The notes below the pieces were generated by a model. It made no database searches. It had not been told where the DNA came from and worked only from the letters and a program-made list of their open reading frames with translations. A program made the translations under genes and the position numbers. A stretch of DNA of 61,908 nt, the filler included, from Nitrospinota bacterium (GTDB taxonomy: Bacteria; JAUXIQ01), in assembly GCA_030620925.1 (NCBI GenBank). It is 10 parts of 10 records of this genome, joined end to end, with 100 filler letters (N's around TTAATTAATTAA, not from the genome) between each part and the next. Parts side by side here need not be neighbours in the genome. Positions count along the whole stretch, not along the records: positions 8,594 to 15,463 come from JAUXIQ010000107.1; positions 15,564 to 20,584 come from JAUXIQ010000188.1; 8 more parts are not named here. One strand, 5' to 3'. Positions 9,494-20,189 of this stretch are shown one piece after another (within the stretch, counting starts at the first letter, position 1; every line of letters starts with the position of its first letter).

Positions 9494-10924
9494 TTAAATA
9501 GCCGACCCTATTTTCTGTATCATGCGTTCTCCATCCGCCAGAAGTCCGCTGTGCATAACCCGCAGGTAGACCTTGCGGTTGTTATCGGTGCCCGTGATAA
9601 GGTATTCCAACCTGTACCAGTAGGCCCATATACGGAAGGTCATGGCCGCCAGCAGGACTATTGAAGCCACCCACAGCAACGGCCTGCCGGGATCGTACCT
9701 GTAGCTGAGGATGGATGCCTCCCGCCATTTGGCGAGGGTCAGGGTCACCCCCTGCACCGTGAGAGGCTCCCCCTCCACCAATCTGCCCACACTGCGTTTG
9801 GTCTCCTCCCCCTTTTCATCTTCTTCGATGAGCTTCAGCTCCGCGTAAGGCACGATCTTCTCCTCGGTCCCCACCTTTTTATAAAGCGTGCCCACCCGAA
9901 GCATACCCGTCCGCAGCTTGCCCTCTATGCCGGGCACTTCGAAGGGTTCTCCGGTCTTGACCTCCAGGGTCTCTCCACTGCCGCTCACGGCCAGCGTCAA
10001 CTGCTGCCCGATATCCATCTGGTAAAAAGTTACGCCGCTGTGACGAAGCGGGTCGTTCACCTCTATTGTCTTGCGCTTGACGATCCTGCCCTTCTCATGG
10101 ACCGTCAGCCGGCTCATCCAGTCCCTGGGGAACAGCGAGCCCTCAGGCATCGTATAAGCTATCCGCTCCCCCTTAAGGTCCGTGAAAAGCGCCAGTCTGC
10201 CCGCTCCCCTGGGAGGGTAGCTGAGCCTGGGGAACTGTGTGTACTCGGTTATAAACTCCTCCAACCCTACGCTGAAGGTGTTACCGGCATCCGGCTTTAC
10301 CTCTTCCCCCCGAAGCCGGTACCATCGGGCCTCGGAAGAACGCGTGGAGACCTCCTCCCTCTCGCCCGGCAGCAGGGACAGCTCCCCTTCAAAAGCAAAA
10401 AGATAGGAAACGGCAAACCCGGCCAGAAGCACCAGTATGCCGGTGTGGAAAATCCACGAGGCCCAATGCGGATTCACGCCCTTTTCCAGAGAACAGGTGC
10501 CGGCCGAGCCCAGGAGCCTTCCCCTTCTCACCCTGAACCCCAGGCCGGTCAACCCCTGGGCCAGGGCCCTTTCGCTCAACTCATCCGCCGGCGGCAATGG
10601 CAGGGACAAAGTTTTGGGGTCTTCCCGCAAAACCTCGGCGTTGATAGACGACGCTGACATTCTCAGAAGCAGCCTGAGCCTTTCATAGGAACATATCAAC
10701 TGATTAACGAACAGAAGCGCGGCGACTATGAGGAAAAGGGGTGCGGTGAAGATGTTAAGCACGTCGATTAACTCAAACACCTTCAACAGGGCTCCGCCCT
10801 CCTCGGCGTAACCTTTCCCCTGTGGAAAGATGGTGCCTATCAAGAAGAAGGCGCACAGTATGCCCAGCAGCCAGGCGGAAGTTTTAATGGAGGCCAACTT
10901 CTTGTACAGCCAGTTTCTTCTCAT
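9494..10924 (-). CDS. resB: Cytochrome c biogenesis protein ResB/CcsB (System II)
   Basis: N-terminal 'IGTIFPQ' after TM helices, conserved His (WIFHTG), 'IEVNDPL', C-terminal 'YDPG' plus TM; next to ccsA. Confidence 0.85.
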   Translation of the reverse strand: MRRNWLYKKLASIKTSAWLLGILCAFFLIGTIFPQGKGYAEEGGALLKVFELIDVLNIFTAPLFLIVAALLFVNQLICSYERLRLLLRMSASSINAEVLREDPKTLSLPLPPADELSERALAQGLTGLGFRVRRGRLLGSAGTCSLEKGVNPHWASWIFHTGILVLLAGFAVSYLFAFEGELSLLPGEREEVSTRSSEARWYRLRGEEVKPDAGNTFSVGLEEFITEYTQFPRLSYPPRGAGRLALFTDLKGERIAYTMPEGSLFPRDWMSRLTVHEKGRIVKRKTIEVNDPLRHSGVTFYQMDIGQQLTLAVSGSGETLEVKTGEPFEVPGIEGKLRTGMLRVGTLYKKVGTEEKIVPYAELKLIEEDEKGEETKRSVGRLVEGEPLTVQGVTLTLAKWREASILSYRYDPGRPLLWVASIVLLAAMTFRIWAYWYRLEYLITGTDNNRKVYLRVMHSGLLADGERMIQKIGSAI

Positions 10925-10996
10925 GCCGGGAGTCTCTCCAACCGCAAAAAACCGAAAAGGCGCCCCTTCTCAATAATCCCGGGCGTCCGTGCAGCG

Positions 10997-11878
10997 TCAC
11001 AAGGAGTATATATGCAGGCTTTCGATGCCCAGAATTTTGGCCAGCCAGCTTACCCCGATAAAGGTCATCATCATACACCAGAAGCCCACCAGGTTCATAA
11101 CCGGCGCCACCCATTTTCTCCATTTAGGCACTGCCTGGGCATGCAGGTAGATGGCGTAGACGGTGAAGGTAATGAGGGACCAGGTCTCCTTGGGGTCCCA
11201 GGACCAGGGCCTGCCCCAGGCCTGATCCGCCCAGGCGGCCCCCGAAATTATACCGAAGGCCAGCAGGGGGAAACCGAACAATACCAGCTTGTAGGCTATC
11301 CTGTTCAAGCCCTCTATGTTTTCTTCGCTTATCCCGTAATGGACCGCCCCCCGGCGGCCGGCGAAAGGCCGGGCCAGAAGGTAGACAGCCTGGTATCCGC
11401 AGCTCACCACGAACACCGCGTAGGACACGAAGGCCAGCACCACGTGCCATAAAAACCAGGAGCTTTGCAGTGCGGGAGGCAGTGGATTAATTGCCGGGCT
11501 GCGCTTGAAAAGGGCATAGGCCATGCCCGCCACGGCCACCATGGTTATGATCGAGATGGGAGCATACAGCCTGGGCTGCCATCTTTTGACTATCAGGTAA
11601 GTGATGACAGCAGACCATGAGAACCAGGAGAGGCTCTCGTAGAGCGTCTGATAGGGGGGCCGCATGCCTTCCAGCGTGCGCATGGCGATTATGGCGGTAT
11701 GTATCAAGGCCCCCATGAACAGTAAGTGGTTGGACAGCCTGCCCGCCGAGCTCTTCGGATAAAAAAGGTGAGACACGCAGGAGACGAAGCTCGACGAGTA
11801 TAGAGCCATCACCAGGATAAACAGCTTGATCTCTATGGATATGAGGAAGGCTTCTCTGGATAAAATCTGTTCAAGCAT
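10997..11878 (-). CDS. ccsA: Cytochrome c biogenesis protein CcsA/ResC
   Basis: WWD domain GAAWADQAWGRPWSWDPKETWSLI; PALQS..WH; C-terminal SLH. Confidence 0.93.
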   Translation of the reverse strand: MLEQILSREAFLISIEIKLFILVMALYSSSFVSCVSHLFYPKSSAGRLSNHLLFMGALIHTAIIAMRTLEGMRPPYQTLYESLSWFSWSAVITYLIVKRWQPRLYAPISIITMVAVAGMAYALFKRSPAINPLPPALQSSWFLWHVVLAFVSYAVFVVSCGYQAVYLLARPFAGRRGAVHYGISEENIEGLNRIAYKLVLFGFPLLAFGIISGAAWADQAWGRPWSWDPKETWSLITFTVYAIYLHAQAVPKWRKWVAPVMNLVGFWCMMMTFIGVSWLAKILGIESLHIYSL

Positions 11879-12578
11879 CTTCAGTTAAAGTTGAGGTGTC
11901 CTTTCGGGGGCCCTTTATTCGGATGACGATTTCTCCTTCGGGAGGAATATCGTCCAGCGCGGTGAGCATGCCTTCCACCGTCCCCCGGATGAAATCCTGA
12001 ACGAAAGGCTTAAGCGGTATGGGCCGATCACCCACGTAGAGCGCGCACCGGTTACGACCGCCTTGTTTCAAGTATCGCTCTTCGATGAAACCCGCCAGGC
12101 CCTCGACGTCGTCGATATGATAGCGGGGAACGCCCGCCTCTATTTCGACGTCACTGGCCACGGCCACCAGTTTATCCTCCACGGTGCTCATAAGTTCTTT
12201 GTGTTCGGCAGACCTGAAAACTTCTATTTTCTCCTTGTCGCCCCTCTTGTAACCCTCGGTGAGAATAATGTCCACCTCTCCATCCAGGTAACCTCCCAGG
12301 GCGTCCAGGCTCTGCTCGCTGTCCACTTTTTTCATAACCGCCATCTTGGTCGAAGAGGAAATAACCACCACCCTGGCTCCCGCTTTCCCGTGACGCCAGG
12401 AATCCTTCCCCTCCTTGTCTATCTCGAAACTATGAGCATCGTGCTTTATGGTCCCCACGCTGTAACCGCGGGCGTTTAGCTCAGGGATGAGTTTCTCTAT
12501 GAGGGTGGTCTTGCCGCTGTCAGATTTTCCTACTATGGAAACGATGGGTATCATCTTAAATTCCGAAACGGATAGCAT
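11871..12578 (-). CDS. mobB: Molybdopterin-guanine dinucleotide biosynthesis protein B with C-terminal extension
   Basis: GKSDSGKTTL, IKHDAH.F.ID..GKDS and EGYK motifs. Confidence 0.9.
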   Translation of the reverse strand: MLSVSEFKMIPIVSIVGKSDSGKTTLIEKLIPELNARGYSVGTIKHDAHSFEIDKEGKDSWRHGKAGARVVVISSSTKMAVMKKVDSEQSLDALGGYLDGEVDIILTEGYKRGDKEKIEVFRSAEHKELMSTVEDKLVAVASDVEIEAGVPRYHIDDVEGLAGFIEERYLKQGGRNRCALYVGDRPIPLKPFVQDFIRGTVEGMLTALDDIPPEGEIVIRIKGPRKDTSTLTEDA

Positions 12579-12605
12579 TAAAACTCGGGCAGCTCACGGG
12601 AGGCT

Positions 12606-14054
12606 CTATTTTTTCAAGACCAGATAGCGGGCTTCATCCTGTCTTTCAACCAGGAACAGGAAGGATTCTTTTTTACTCTTCTTCATCGCTTCCCGGAATT
12701 CCTTGAGGTCTCTGACCTGCTTTTTGTTCACTTCCTTTATGACGTCGCCGCTCCTCAGGCCCGCTTTAGCGGCAGAACTGCCCGGCTCCACATCGGCCAC
12801 CAGGACACCATGGTCGTCCTCCAGCTTGAGGTTCTCCATCACCCGGGGGGTAATATCCGAGAGCGACAACCCCAGCCCCTCTTCAACCTCCCGCGCAAGG
12901 GCAATAACCCGCTCGGACATCTTACCTAAGACCACCTTAAGTTTCTGCTCCTTGCCTTCTCTAATAATGGAGACCTCGACCTCCTGCTCAATCAGGGAGT
13001 CAGCCACTATTTTTTGCAGCTCTCGAACGTCATTGACTTCCTTCCCGCCGAATCTGATTATCACGTCACCGTCCATTATCCCGGCTTTATGGGCGGGATT
13101 ATCTTCCATCACTCCAGATACCATCACGCCCCGGGGCCGATCCATTCCCTTCTCTTTGGCCATCTCCTCGGTTATGTTGGCTATGCTCACCCCCAGCCAG
13201 CCCCTGGCGTATTCCCCCTTTTCTTTCAACTGGGGCAGAATATTTTTAGCGATATTCACCGGTATGGCGAAGCCCAACCCCTGCCCCTCTGATATAACCG
13301 CGGTATTGATGCCCACCACGAAGCCCCTCATGTTGAACAGAGGGCCGCCGCTGTTGCCGGGGTTTATGGCTGCATCCGTCTGTATGAAATCGTCGTAAGG
13401 GCTGGCCCCCAGAAATCGCCCCTTTGCGCTGACTATGCCCACGGTGATGGAGTGCTCGAAGCCGAAAGGGTTCCCGATGGCGATGACCCATTCTCCGATC
13501 TGAAGTTTATCCGAGTCACCCAGCATCGCTACAGGAAGGTCCCCGTTGGCTTCGATCTTGAGGAGGGCGATGTCGGTCTTGGAATCCTCCCCTATTATCT
13601 TTGCCTCATACTCCTTCCCGTTAGAGAGCTTCACCACTATCTTTTCGGTATTCTCCACAACATGCTGGTTGGTGACTACATATCCCTTTTTGTTTACTAT
13701 AAAACCCGATCCGGCGCTGTCCGGAGGAAAACCCCTGTGCTTCCTTTTTTCAAAAAACCTTCCCCCCCTTTCCTTTTCCCTGAACGGGTCAAGAAATCCA
13801 CGGGGCGCCAAGGGGTGAGAGGCAGAGGCTTTGGTGACGCTGATGTTCACCACCGCCGGCTTGATCTTTTTGGCAAGTATAACGAAGGTGTTCAGCTTTA
13901 TATCAGTGTCAACTTTACTGTAGTTCTTACCTTCGACCCAGAACGCCTTGCCCCTGGCCTCCGAGTAGCCGGACATCCAGAGCATCAGGAGAGCACAAAT
14001 CACCCCCCCAGCTATACTCAAACGGACGATACACCTCATCCTGCGGCTGAACAC
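12606..14054 (-). CDS. HtrA/DegP(Q) serine protease with two PDZ domains
   Basis: GSGFI, TNQHVV, DIALL and INPGNSGGPL motifs; signal peptide; two PDZ domains. Confidence 0.95.
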   Translation of the reverse strand: MFSRRMRCIVRLSIAGGVICALLMLWMSGYSEARGKAFWVEGKNYSKVDTDIKLNTFVILAKKIKPAVVNISVTKASASHPLAPRGFLDPFREKERGGRFFEKRKHRGFPPDSAGSGFIVNKKGYVVTNQHVVENTEKIVVKLSNGKEYEAKIIGEDSKTDIALLKIEANGDLPVAMLGDSDKLQIGEWVIAIGNPFGFEHSITVGIVSAKGRFLGASPYDDFIQTDAAINPGNSGGPLFNMRGFVVGINTAVISEGQGLGFAIPVNIAKNILPQLKEKGEYARGWLGVSIANITEEMAKEKGMDRPRGVMVSGVMEDNPAHKAGIMDGDVIIRFGGKEVNDVRELQKIVADSLIEQEVEVSIIREGKEQKLKVVLGKMSERVIALAREVEEGLGLSLSDITPRVMENLKLEDDHGVLVADVEPGSSAAKAGLRSGDVIKEVNKKQVRDLKEFREAMKKSKKESFLFLVERQDEARYLVLKK

Positions 14055-14249
14055 TCTCGATTCTCCTTTTATCGCCTAATAAAAGAGAAAAGGGCCGGTA
14101 TAAAGCCCTCCTGTCTCAATATAATAATAATAAGGATAAAATTCTGAAATAACCGATTCTGCATAAGATAAATAAATAAAAGATGTCTATTTAATAGTAT
14201 ATTCCGCAGGTTTAAATAGCAAGCTATATGTTGCCCGCTCTCAACCGCC

Positions 14250-15437
14250 TTAAGCCAGGACTATCTCCACCTCATCCCCCCTCCTCACCCGATCCCTTCC
14301 GGGAGGTAAAACGGCCAGGGCGCTCCTTTCGTCCGGTGGGGGAAGCGCATGGGATCGCGTCGCATAATATCCCTTCTTCCCTTTTCTCACGTTGACCTGC
14401 AGATAATTGGTCACGCCCGCCCGGCCCCTGAGCGTGTTTAACATGGTGGCTTTGACCCGCAGGTTGAAGCTCCTTTCCGAGGGGCACATCACTCCCAGAG
14501 CTTCCCTGACGAAAATATGGAAACAGATGGAACCTGTCCGCGGCCCGCCGGGCAGCATGAAAAACGGAGTGCCCTTCAACAGGCCGAAGGAAAGGGTTCC
14601 TCCCGGCCAGATGGAAACCTCTTGAAAAATGGATCGTCCATTAACCGAAGTGAATGCTTCGGCGGTCAGATCGTGGATTCCTCCGCCGCTTCCCCCGGCG
14701 GTTATGGCCATATCCGCTTCAGAAGCCCTGCGCATGGCCCGGGCTATCCTCTCTTCAGAATCGGGGACGATGCCCATGTCCCACGGCATACCACCGTATT
14801 TGAGCACCAGCGAACGGAGCATTAATGCGTTTCCCGCCCGTATCTTCCCCGGAGGCGGTTTCCGACCCGGAGCCACCAGTTCGTCGCCTATCATGATTAA
14901 AGCCACCCGCGGCCTGGCATAAACTTCAACCTTCCCCACACCCAGGGAAGCCAAAAACCCCATCTCCTCGGGGCCTATGACCGCCCCCCTGCTCAATACT
15001 TTCTCACCCCTTTTAGCCTCCTCTCCCTTAACCCGCACCCCTTCGCCCTTTTTTACCGGGTGCTTTACGAGCAGTTTCTCGCCCTCGGCCTCCACGTCCT
15101 CCTGCTTGACCACTGCATCAGCCCCCGACGGAAGCGGTGCTCCGGTCATGATGCGCAGAGCCTGCTCCTTCTTGAGCGAAACCCGCGGCGTTTCCCCGGC
15201 CACCGCCGTCCCCACAACCCGCAGCTCTACTTTATCAGCTCCCGCGGCACCGCGGACGTCCACCGCTCTCACCGCATACCCGTCGAAAAATGAACAAGCA
15301 AACGGCGGGAAATCATCCGGGGCCCTGATATCGGTGGTGGGAGCGCGCCCGAGGGCCCGGTGAAGAGGGACCGTTTCCCCCGGGCCCGGTTTCAGGTTGT
15401 CCCTGATCGACTTGAGAGCAGTGCTTTCGGAAACCAT
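14250..15437 (-). CDS. moeA: Molybdopterin molybdenumtransferase (MoeA/gephyrin-like), divergent
   Basis: DGYAV, IMTGAPLP.GADAVV..E and GDEL motifs; C-terminal motifs degenerate. Confidence 0.8.
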   Translation of the reverse strand: MVSESTALKSIRDNLKPGPGETVPLHRALGRAPTTDIRAPDDFPPFACSFFDGYAVRAVDVRGAAGADKVELRVVGTAVAGETPRVSLKKEQALRIMTGAPLPSGADAVVKQEDVEAEGEKLLVKHPVKKGEGVRVKGEEAKRGEKVLSRGAVIGPEEMGFLASLGVGKVEVYARPRVALIMIGDELVAPGRKPPPGKIRAGNALMLRSLVLKYGGMPWDMGIVPDSEERIARAMRRASEADMAITAGGSGGGIHDLTAEAFTSVNGRSIFQEVSIWPGGTLSFGLLKGTPFFMLPGGPRTGSICFHIFVREALGVMCPSERSFNLRVKATMLNTLRGRAGVTNYLQVNVRKGKKGYYATRSHALPPPDERSALAVLPPGRDRVRRGDEVEIVLA

Positions 15438-15724
15438 ATACCTCAACCTTTTCGCTCAGGATANNNNNNNNNNNNNNNNNNNNNNNNNNNNNNNNNNNNN
15501 NNNNNNNTTAATTAATTAANNNNNNNNNNNNNNNNNNNNNNNNNNNNNNNNNNNNNNNNNNNNTTTTCTCAGCCGAATTCCAGAATTCAGGCTGAATTTA
15601 AGAGTAACTTTCTCAAAGGGGTTTAACTTTACAGGTAATTCCATCTATGCTATCTTAAGTGGCAGGAGTCTTCCGAAGGGATGCTCGTTATGAATACGTA
15701 GCTACTCCACATCAGGAGGCGGTA

Positions 15725-16480
15725 ATGTCGGGACATTCCAAATGGTCGAGCATCAAACATAAAAAAGCAGCGGTGGACGCCAAGCGGGGTAAACTATTCA
15801 CCAAGATTATCAAGGAAATATCCGTTGCGGCCCGCCTGGGTGGTGGAGATCAGAATTCAAACCCTCGCCTTCGTACAGCCGTGCAAAACGCAAAAGCCGC
15901 CAACATGCCTCAAGACAACATCCAGAGGGCCATCAAGAAGGGCACAGGCGAGCTCCCGGGCGTCTCTTACGAAGAGGCCAGGTTCGAGGGCTATGGCCCT
16001 GGAGGAGTAGCCATCCTGGTGGATATTCTGACCGATAACAAGAACCGCTCGGTAGCGGATATAAGGCACATATTCTCCCGCAACGGAGGGAACCTGGGAG
16101 AACCCGGCTGCGTGGCATGGATGTTCGATAAAAAGGGGTTGATCCTCATAGAAGAGGATGAGGATATAGATGAAGACGTGGTAATGGATGCGGCTATAGA
16201 GGCAGGGGCGGAAGACATAATAAAAGAGGATGATACCTTCGAAATCACCACCGAGACGGAGAAGCTGGAATCGGTCAAAAACGCCCTGGAGAAAAAGGGC
16301 CTCACCCTGTCTGTGGCCGAAGTGAGCATGGTGCCTCAGAGCACCATTAAATTAGAAGGAAAAACTGCACAGCATATCCTCAAGCTCATGGATGCACTTG
16401 AGGACCACGAAGACGTTCAGCAAGCATACGCGAACTTCGACATCCCTGACGAAGTCATGCAGGAAGCAGAGGCCCAATGA
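15725..16480 (+). CDS. yebC: YebC/PmpR family protein
   Basis: [19 protein letters not shown] and EGYGPGG motifs; GGAGG RBS. Confidence 0.95.
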   Translation: MSGHSKWSSIKHKKAAVDAKRGKLFTKIIKEISVAARLGGGDQNSNPRLRTAVQNAKAANMPQDNIQRAIKKGTGELPGVSYEEARFEGYGPGGVAILVDILTDNKNRSVADIRHIFSRNGGNLGEPGCVAWMFDKKGLILIEEDEDIDEDVVMDAAIEAGAEDIIKEDDTFEITTETEKLESVKNALEKKGLTLSVAEVSMVPQSTIKLEGKTAQHILKLMDALEDHEDVQQAYANFDIPDEVMQEAEAQ

Positions 16481-16490
16481 GGGGTACCCC

Positions 16491-17015
16491 ATGCGGGTAT
16501 TAGGCATCGACCCCGGAACCATTCGCACAGGATACGGAGTTGTCTCAGACCAGGGAGAATCTCTCAAAGCATTGGATTGGGGGGTTATCAAGACCTCCTC
16601 AAGACAACCTCTCTCTCAACGACTCAAAACCATCTATCAGGAACTGAAAAAGGTCATTGAAGCGCACCAGCCCGAGGTAGTCTCCGTTGAAGATATATTT
16701 ATAGCCAAGAACGTCAAATCCGCGCTCAAGCTGGGCCATGCTCGCGGAGCGGCCATCCTGGCCGCCAGCAATATGGGAATCAGGGTAGAAGAATATACCG
16801 CCTTACAGATTAAGCAGGCCATCGTGGGATACGGTCGGGCGGAGAAAGAGCAGGTGAGCAGAATGGTCTGCACACTTCTCGGCTTATCCTCGACCATAGA
16901 AGAAAGTGATGCCGCCGACGCTCTGGCGGCCGCCATTTGCCACATCCATTCCGCGGCCATGGTGAACGTCCACCTTGCGGAAAAGACTCAAAATCGGGCG
17001 CGGAATTATAAATGA
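16491..17015 (+). CDS. ruvC: Holliday junction resolvase
   Basis: MRVLGIDPG, LGHARG, GYGRAEKEQV and DAADALA motifs. Confidence 0.95.
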   Translation: MRVLGIDPGTIRTGYGVVSDQGESLKALDWGVIKTSSRQPLSQRLKTIYQELKKVIEAHQPEVVSVEDIFIAKNVKSALKLGHARGAAILAASNMGIRVEEYTALQIKQAIVGYGRAEKEQVSRMVCTLLGLSSTIEESDAADALAAAICHIHSAAMVNVHLAEKTQNRARNYK

Positions 17016-17611
17016 TAGCCAGAATAACGGGAAAATTAGCTGAGAAAAACCCTGATAGGGCCATCGTAGACGTTAACGGCGTGGGATATCTAATTTACGT
17101 CCCCCTTTCCACATATTATCTCCTTCCCAAACCGGGACAGACGGTGACCCTTCACACCTATACCCACGTTCGGGAGGATGCCCTGGTGCTTTACGGTTTC
17201 AAGGCTCCGGACGAGCTGGAGAGCTTCCAGCTTCTTATAGGAGTTACCAATATAGGGCCTAAACTGGCGTTGAACATCCTGAGCGGAATCTCGGTTAAAG
17301 ACTTACGAAAAGCCATCGTCGACTCCGACATTGTAAAACTTCACTCGGTGCCCGGCGTGGGGCCCAAGACGGCGGAGCGTATAACCTTCGAACTGAGAGA
17401 TAAAATGGGATTCCCCGCCCTGGAGGAAGAAGCGGAGGCCGGAGCAACGCCCATGACCAGAATAGACGAGGAAGCCGTTTCAGCCCTCATCAACCTCGGA
17501 TATACGCCGCCGGTGGCGGAAAGCGCAGTGGCGCTGGCTGCAAAGTCCGCGGGAAACGGAGCAGAGCTCAAAGAGCTGATAAAGGAGTCGCTTAAAATTC
17601 TCTCCGGTTGA
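17012..17611 (+). CDS. ruvA: Holliday junction branch migration protein
   Basis: VNGVGY, HVRED...LYGF, GPKLAL and GVGPKTAERI motifs. Confidence 0.95.
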   Translation: MIARITGKLAEKNPDRAIVDVNGVGYLIYVPLSTYYLLPKPGQTVTLHTYTHVREDALVLYGFKAPDELESFQLLIGVTNIGPKLALNILSGISVKDLRKAIVDSDIVKLHSVPGVGPKTAERITFELRDKMGFPALEEEAEAGATPMTRIDEEAVSALINLGYTPPVAESAVALAAKSAGNGAELKELIKESLKILSG

Positions 17612-17695
17612 TGTTTTAACAGGAGGAAACCCGGCTTTTCGCTTCATATGAAAAGGCGTGTGTTTTCGCTTTTCCACTGGAAAAAGGGATAGGTT

Positions 17696-18745
17696 TTGGA
17701 GGAAGAAGAGAGGATAGTCAATCCTGAGCTTAAGTCCGGCGAGCTGGAATATGAAACGGGGCTCAGGCCCACCAGGTTTGCGGAATACGTGGGGCAATCC
17801 AAGGTGGTGGAAAACCTCAAGATTTTCATCACCGCCGCCAGGGAAAGGGCTGAGCCGCTGGACCACGTTCTCTTCTACGGCCCCCCCGGGCTGGGCAAGA
17901 CCACCATGGCTAACATCATGAGCGGCGAGCTGGAGGTGAACATCAAGAGCACCTCCGGGCCTGCACTGGAGCGCCCCGGCGATCTGGCGGCCATACTCAC
18001 AAACCTCAAAGACAAAGACATCTTCTTCATCGATGAGATACACCGCTTGAACCGCGTGGTGGAAGAAGTGCTCTACCCCGCCATGGAAGATTTCAAATTC
18101 GATATAGTCATTGGCAAAGGGCCCAGCGCCCGAATAATAAAGCTCGACCTGCCCAGGTTTACCCTGATAGGGGCCACCACCAGAGCCGGTTTAATCACCT
18201 CACCACTGAGGGATCGGTTCGGCGTGGTATTTCGGCTGGATTTCTACTCCGACGCGGATATAGAAACCATCATCAAAAGGTCCTCACGCATACTCAAGGT
18301 GGAGGTAGACGGTGAAGGGGCCTGTGAACTGGCTCGCCGCTCGCGGGGTACCCCGCGAGTCGCCAACAGGCTGCTCAGACGCGTGAGGGATTACGCCCAG
18401 GTTAAAGCGGACGGCGCAGTAACGGGGGACATCGTCAGGCATGCCCTGGACATGTTGGATGTGGACACCGAGGGGCTCGACACCCTGGACCGCAAACTCC
18501 TCACCACCATAATAGAGAAGTTCAACGGCGGCCCCGTGGGTATAGAAACCCTGGCAGCAGCCTTACAGGATGACAAGGAGACCCTCGAAGACGTATCCGA
18601 ACCTTTCCTGCTTCAGAAGGGGTCCCTGGACCGCACTCCCCGCGGCAGAAAAGCCACACCGCTCGCTTACAGGCATCTGGGCATCGAGTTAAAAAATTCG
18701 GAAAACCCGCCCTCCCCGGCTAAAGAACAGCAAAAGCTCTGGTAA
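17696..18745 (+). CDS. ruvB: Holliday junction branch migration helicase
   Basis: [33 protein letters not shown] and RTPRGR motifs. Confidence 0.97.
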   Translation: MEEEERIVNPELKSGELEYETGLRPTRFAEYVGQSKVVENLKIFITAARERAEPLDHVLFYGPPGLGKTTMANIMSGELEVNIKSTSGPALERPGDLAAILTNLKDKDIFFIDEIHRLNRVVEEVLYPAMEDFKFDIVIGKGPSARIIKLDLPRFTLIGATTRAGLITSPLRDRFGVVFRLDFYSDADIETIIKRSSRILKVEVDGEGACELARRSRGTPRVANRLLRRVRDYAQVKADGAVTGDIVRHALDMLDVDTEGLDTLDRKLLTTIIEKFNGGPVGIETLAAALQDDKETLEDVSEPFLLQKGSLDRTPRGRKATPLAYRHLGIELKNSENPPSPAKEQQKLW

Positions 18746-18887
18746 CGGATATTCAGCCTGCAATCGGGCCTGAACTACGAGTCCCTCATGGAGAACCGCT
18801 GCGCTTTTCAGGCAGGGTCTTCGTGCGATTCATTGCACGGGGGTATAAATTAGAGAGAAACAGGTAACGGATAAGCGGAGTCAGGAA

Positions 18888-19112
18888 GTGGAAGGATTAA
18901 GTCCGATGGGAAAGGTGCTGGTGGTTGTGGGGCTGATAATAGTCTGCATCGGCCTGGTAATCATGTTCGGCAATAAAATTCCCCTTCTGGGGAGGCTTCC
19001 CGGAGATATACATATCCAGAAAAAAGATTTTTCCTTCTATTTCCCCATCACCACCTCTATCATAATCAGCATCATCCTGACTATTGTATTTACGCTCTTT
19101 TCGAGAAAATAG
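18888..19112 (+). CDS. DUF2905 family small membrane protein
   Basis: GRLPGDI...FYFPITT signature between two TM helices; usual position after ruvB. Confidence 0.85.
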   Translation: MEGLSPMGKVLVVVGLIIVCIGLVIMFGNKIPLLGRLPGDIHIQKKDFSFYFPITTSIIISIILTIVFTLFSRK

Positions 19113-19136
19113 CGCACATCAATCCGGTTAAGAGCC

Positions 19137-20189
19137 ATGAGACTCTCCGATTTCGATTATTACCTGCCGCCCTCACTCATCGCCCAGCATCCCGCCCCGC
19201 GGCGAGACAGCTCGCGACTGCTCGTCCTGAATCGGCGGGAAGACTCATTAACCCACGAGCGTTTCTTCGATATAGTCAAATACCTGAACGCAGGTGACGC
19301 GCTGGTGATGAACAACACTAAGGTATCGCCTTCACGCCTCGCGGGCCGCAGGGAGGATACGGGGGGGGAAACAGAGCTGCTCCTGATGTCCGAATTAAGT
19401 GAAGGAAGATGGGAGGCGCTTATTAAGCCCCATAAAAAGGGCCTCGTCGGCGCAACCATCCTGTTCGGAACAGGCGACCTGAAAGGTGAAGTGCGGGAAC
19501 TCAAAGAGGGCGGAAGGGGCATAGTCGTCTTAAGCAGTGAAGGGCCTTTAAAGAAAAAGCTCCAGGAGCATGGCAGGACACCCCTGCCCCCGTATATAAA
19601 GCGGGAAAAGGGGAAGGGAACCCTGGAAACGGAAATGATGGACAGGGAACGCTACCAGACAGTGGTCGCAAGGCACGACGGCTCAATCGCAGCCCCCACG
19701 GCCGGGCTGCATTTCTCAATCGAACTGCTCGAAAAATTGTCCGCTCAGGGCGTCAAGGTAGTCGCCGTTACCCTTCATATCGGTCCGGGGACGTTCATGC
19801 CCGTTCGCAGAGAGGACGTCCTCTCCCACAAAATGGAGGAGGAATACTTTTATTTGAGCAGTCAAAGCGCCGAGGAGATAAACAGGGTGCGGGAAGCCGG
19901 CGGCAGAGTGGTCTGTGTGGGCAGCACCGCCGCCAGAACCCTGGAGGCCTGCTCCAGAAGCGACGGCACAATTGAGCCCACGAGCGGCACCTCGAATCTT
20001 TTTATCTATCCGGGGTACGAATTCAAGGCCGTGGACGCGCTTATAACCAACTTCCACCTGCCTAAATCCACGCTCTTGTTACTCGTCTGCGCTTTCGCCG
20101 GGCGTGAACGAACGCTGTCCACTTACAAGGAAGCGGTTACCAAAGGGTATCGTTTCTACAGCTACGGCGACGCTATGATGATCATCTGA
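19137..20189 (+). CDS. queA: S-adenosylmethionine:tRNA ribosyltransferase-isomerase
   Basis: DFDY.LP..LIAQ.P, PLPPYI, AAPTAGLHF, TNFHLPKSTL and YRFYSYGDAM motifs. Confidence 0.97.
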   Translation: MRLSDFDYYLPPSLIAQHPAPRRDSSRLLVLNRREDSLTHERFFDIVKYLNAGDALVMNNTKVSPSRLAGRREDTGGETELLLMSELSEGRWEALIKPHKKGLVGATILFGTGDLKGEVRELKEGGRGIVVLSSEGPLKKKLQEHGRTPLPPYIKREKGKGTLETEMMDRERYQTVVARHDGSIAAPTAGLHFSIELLEKLSAQGVKVVAVTLHIGPGTFMPVRREDVLSHKMEEEYFYLSSQSAEEINRVREAGGRVVCVGSTAARTLEACSRSDGTIEPTSGTSNLFIYPGYEFKAVDALITNFHLPKSTLLLLVCAFAGRERTLSTYKEAVTKGYRFYSYGDAMMII

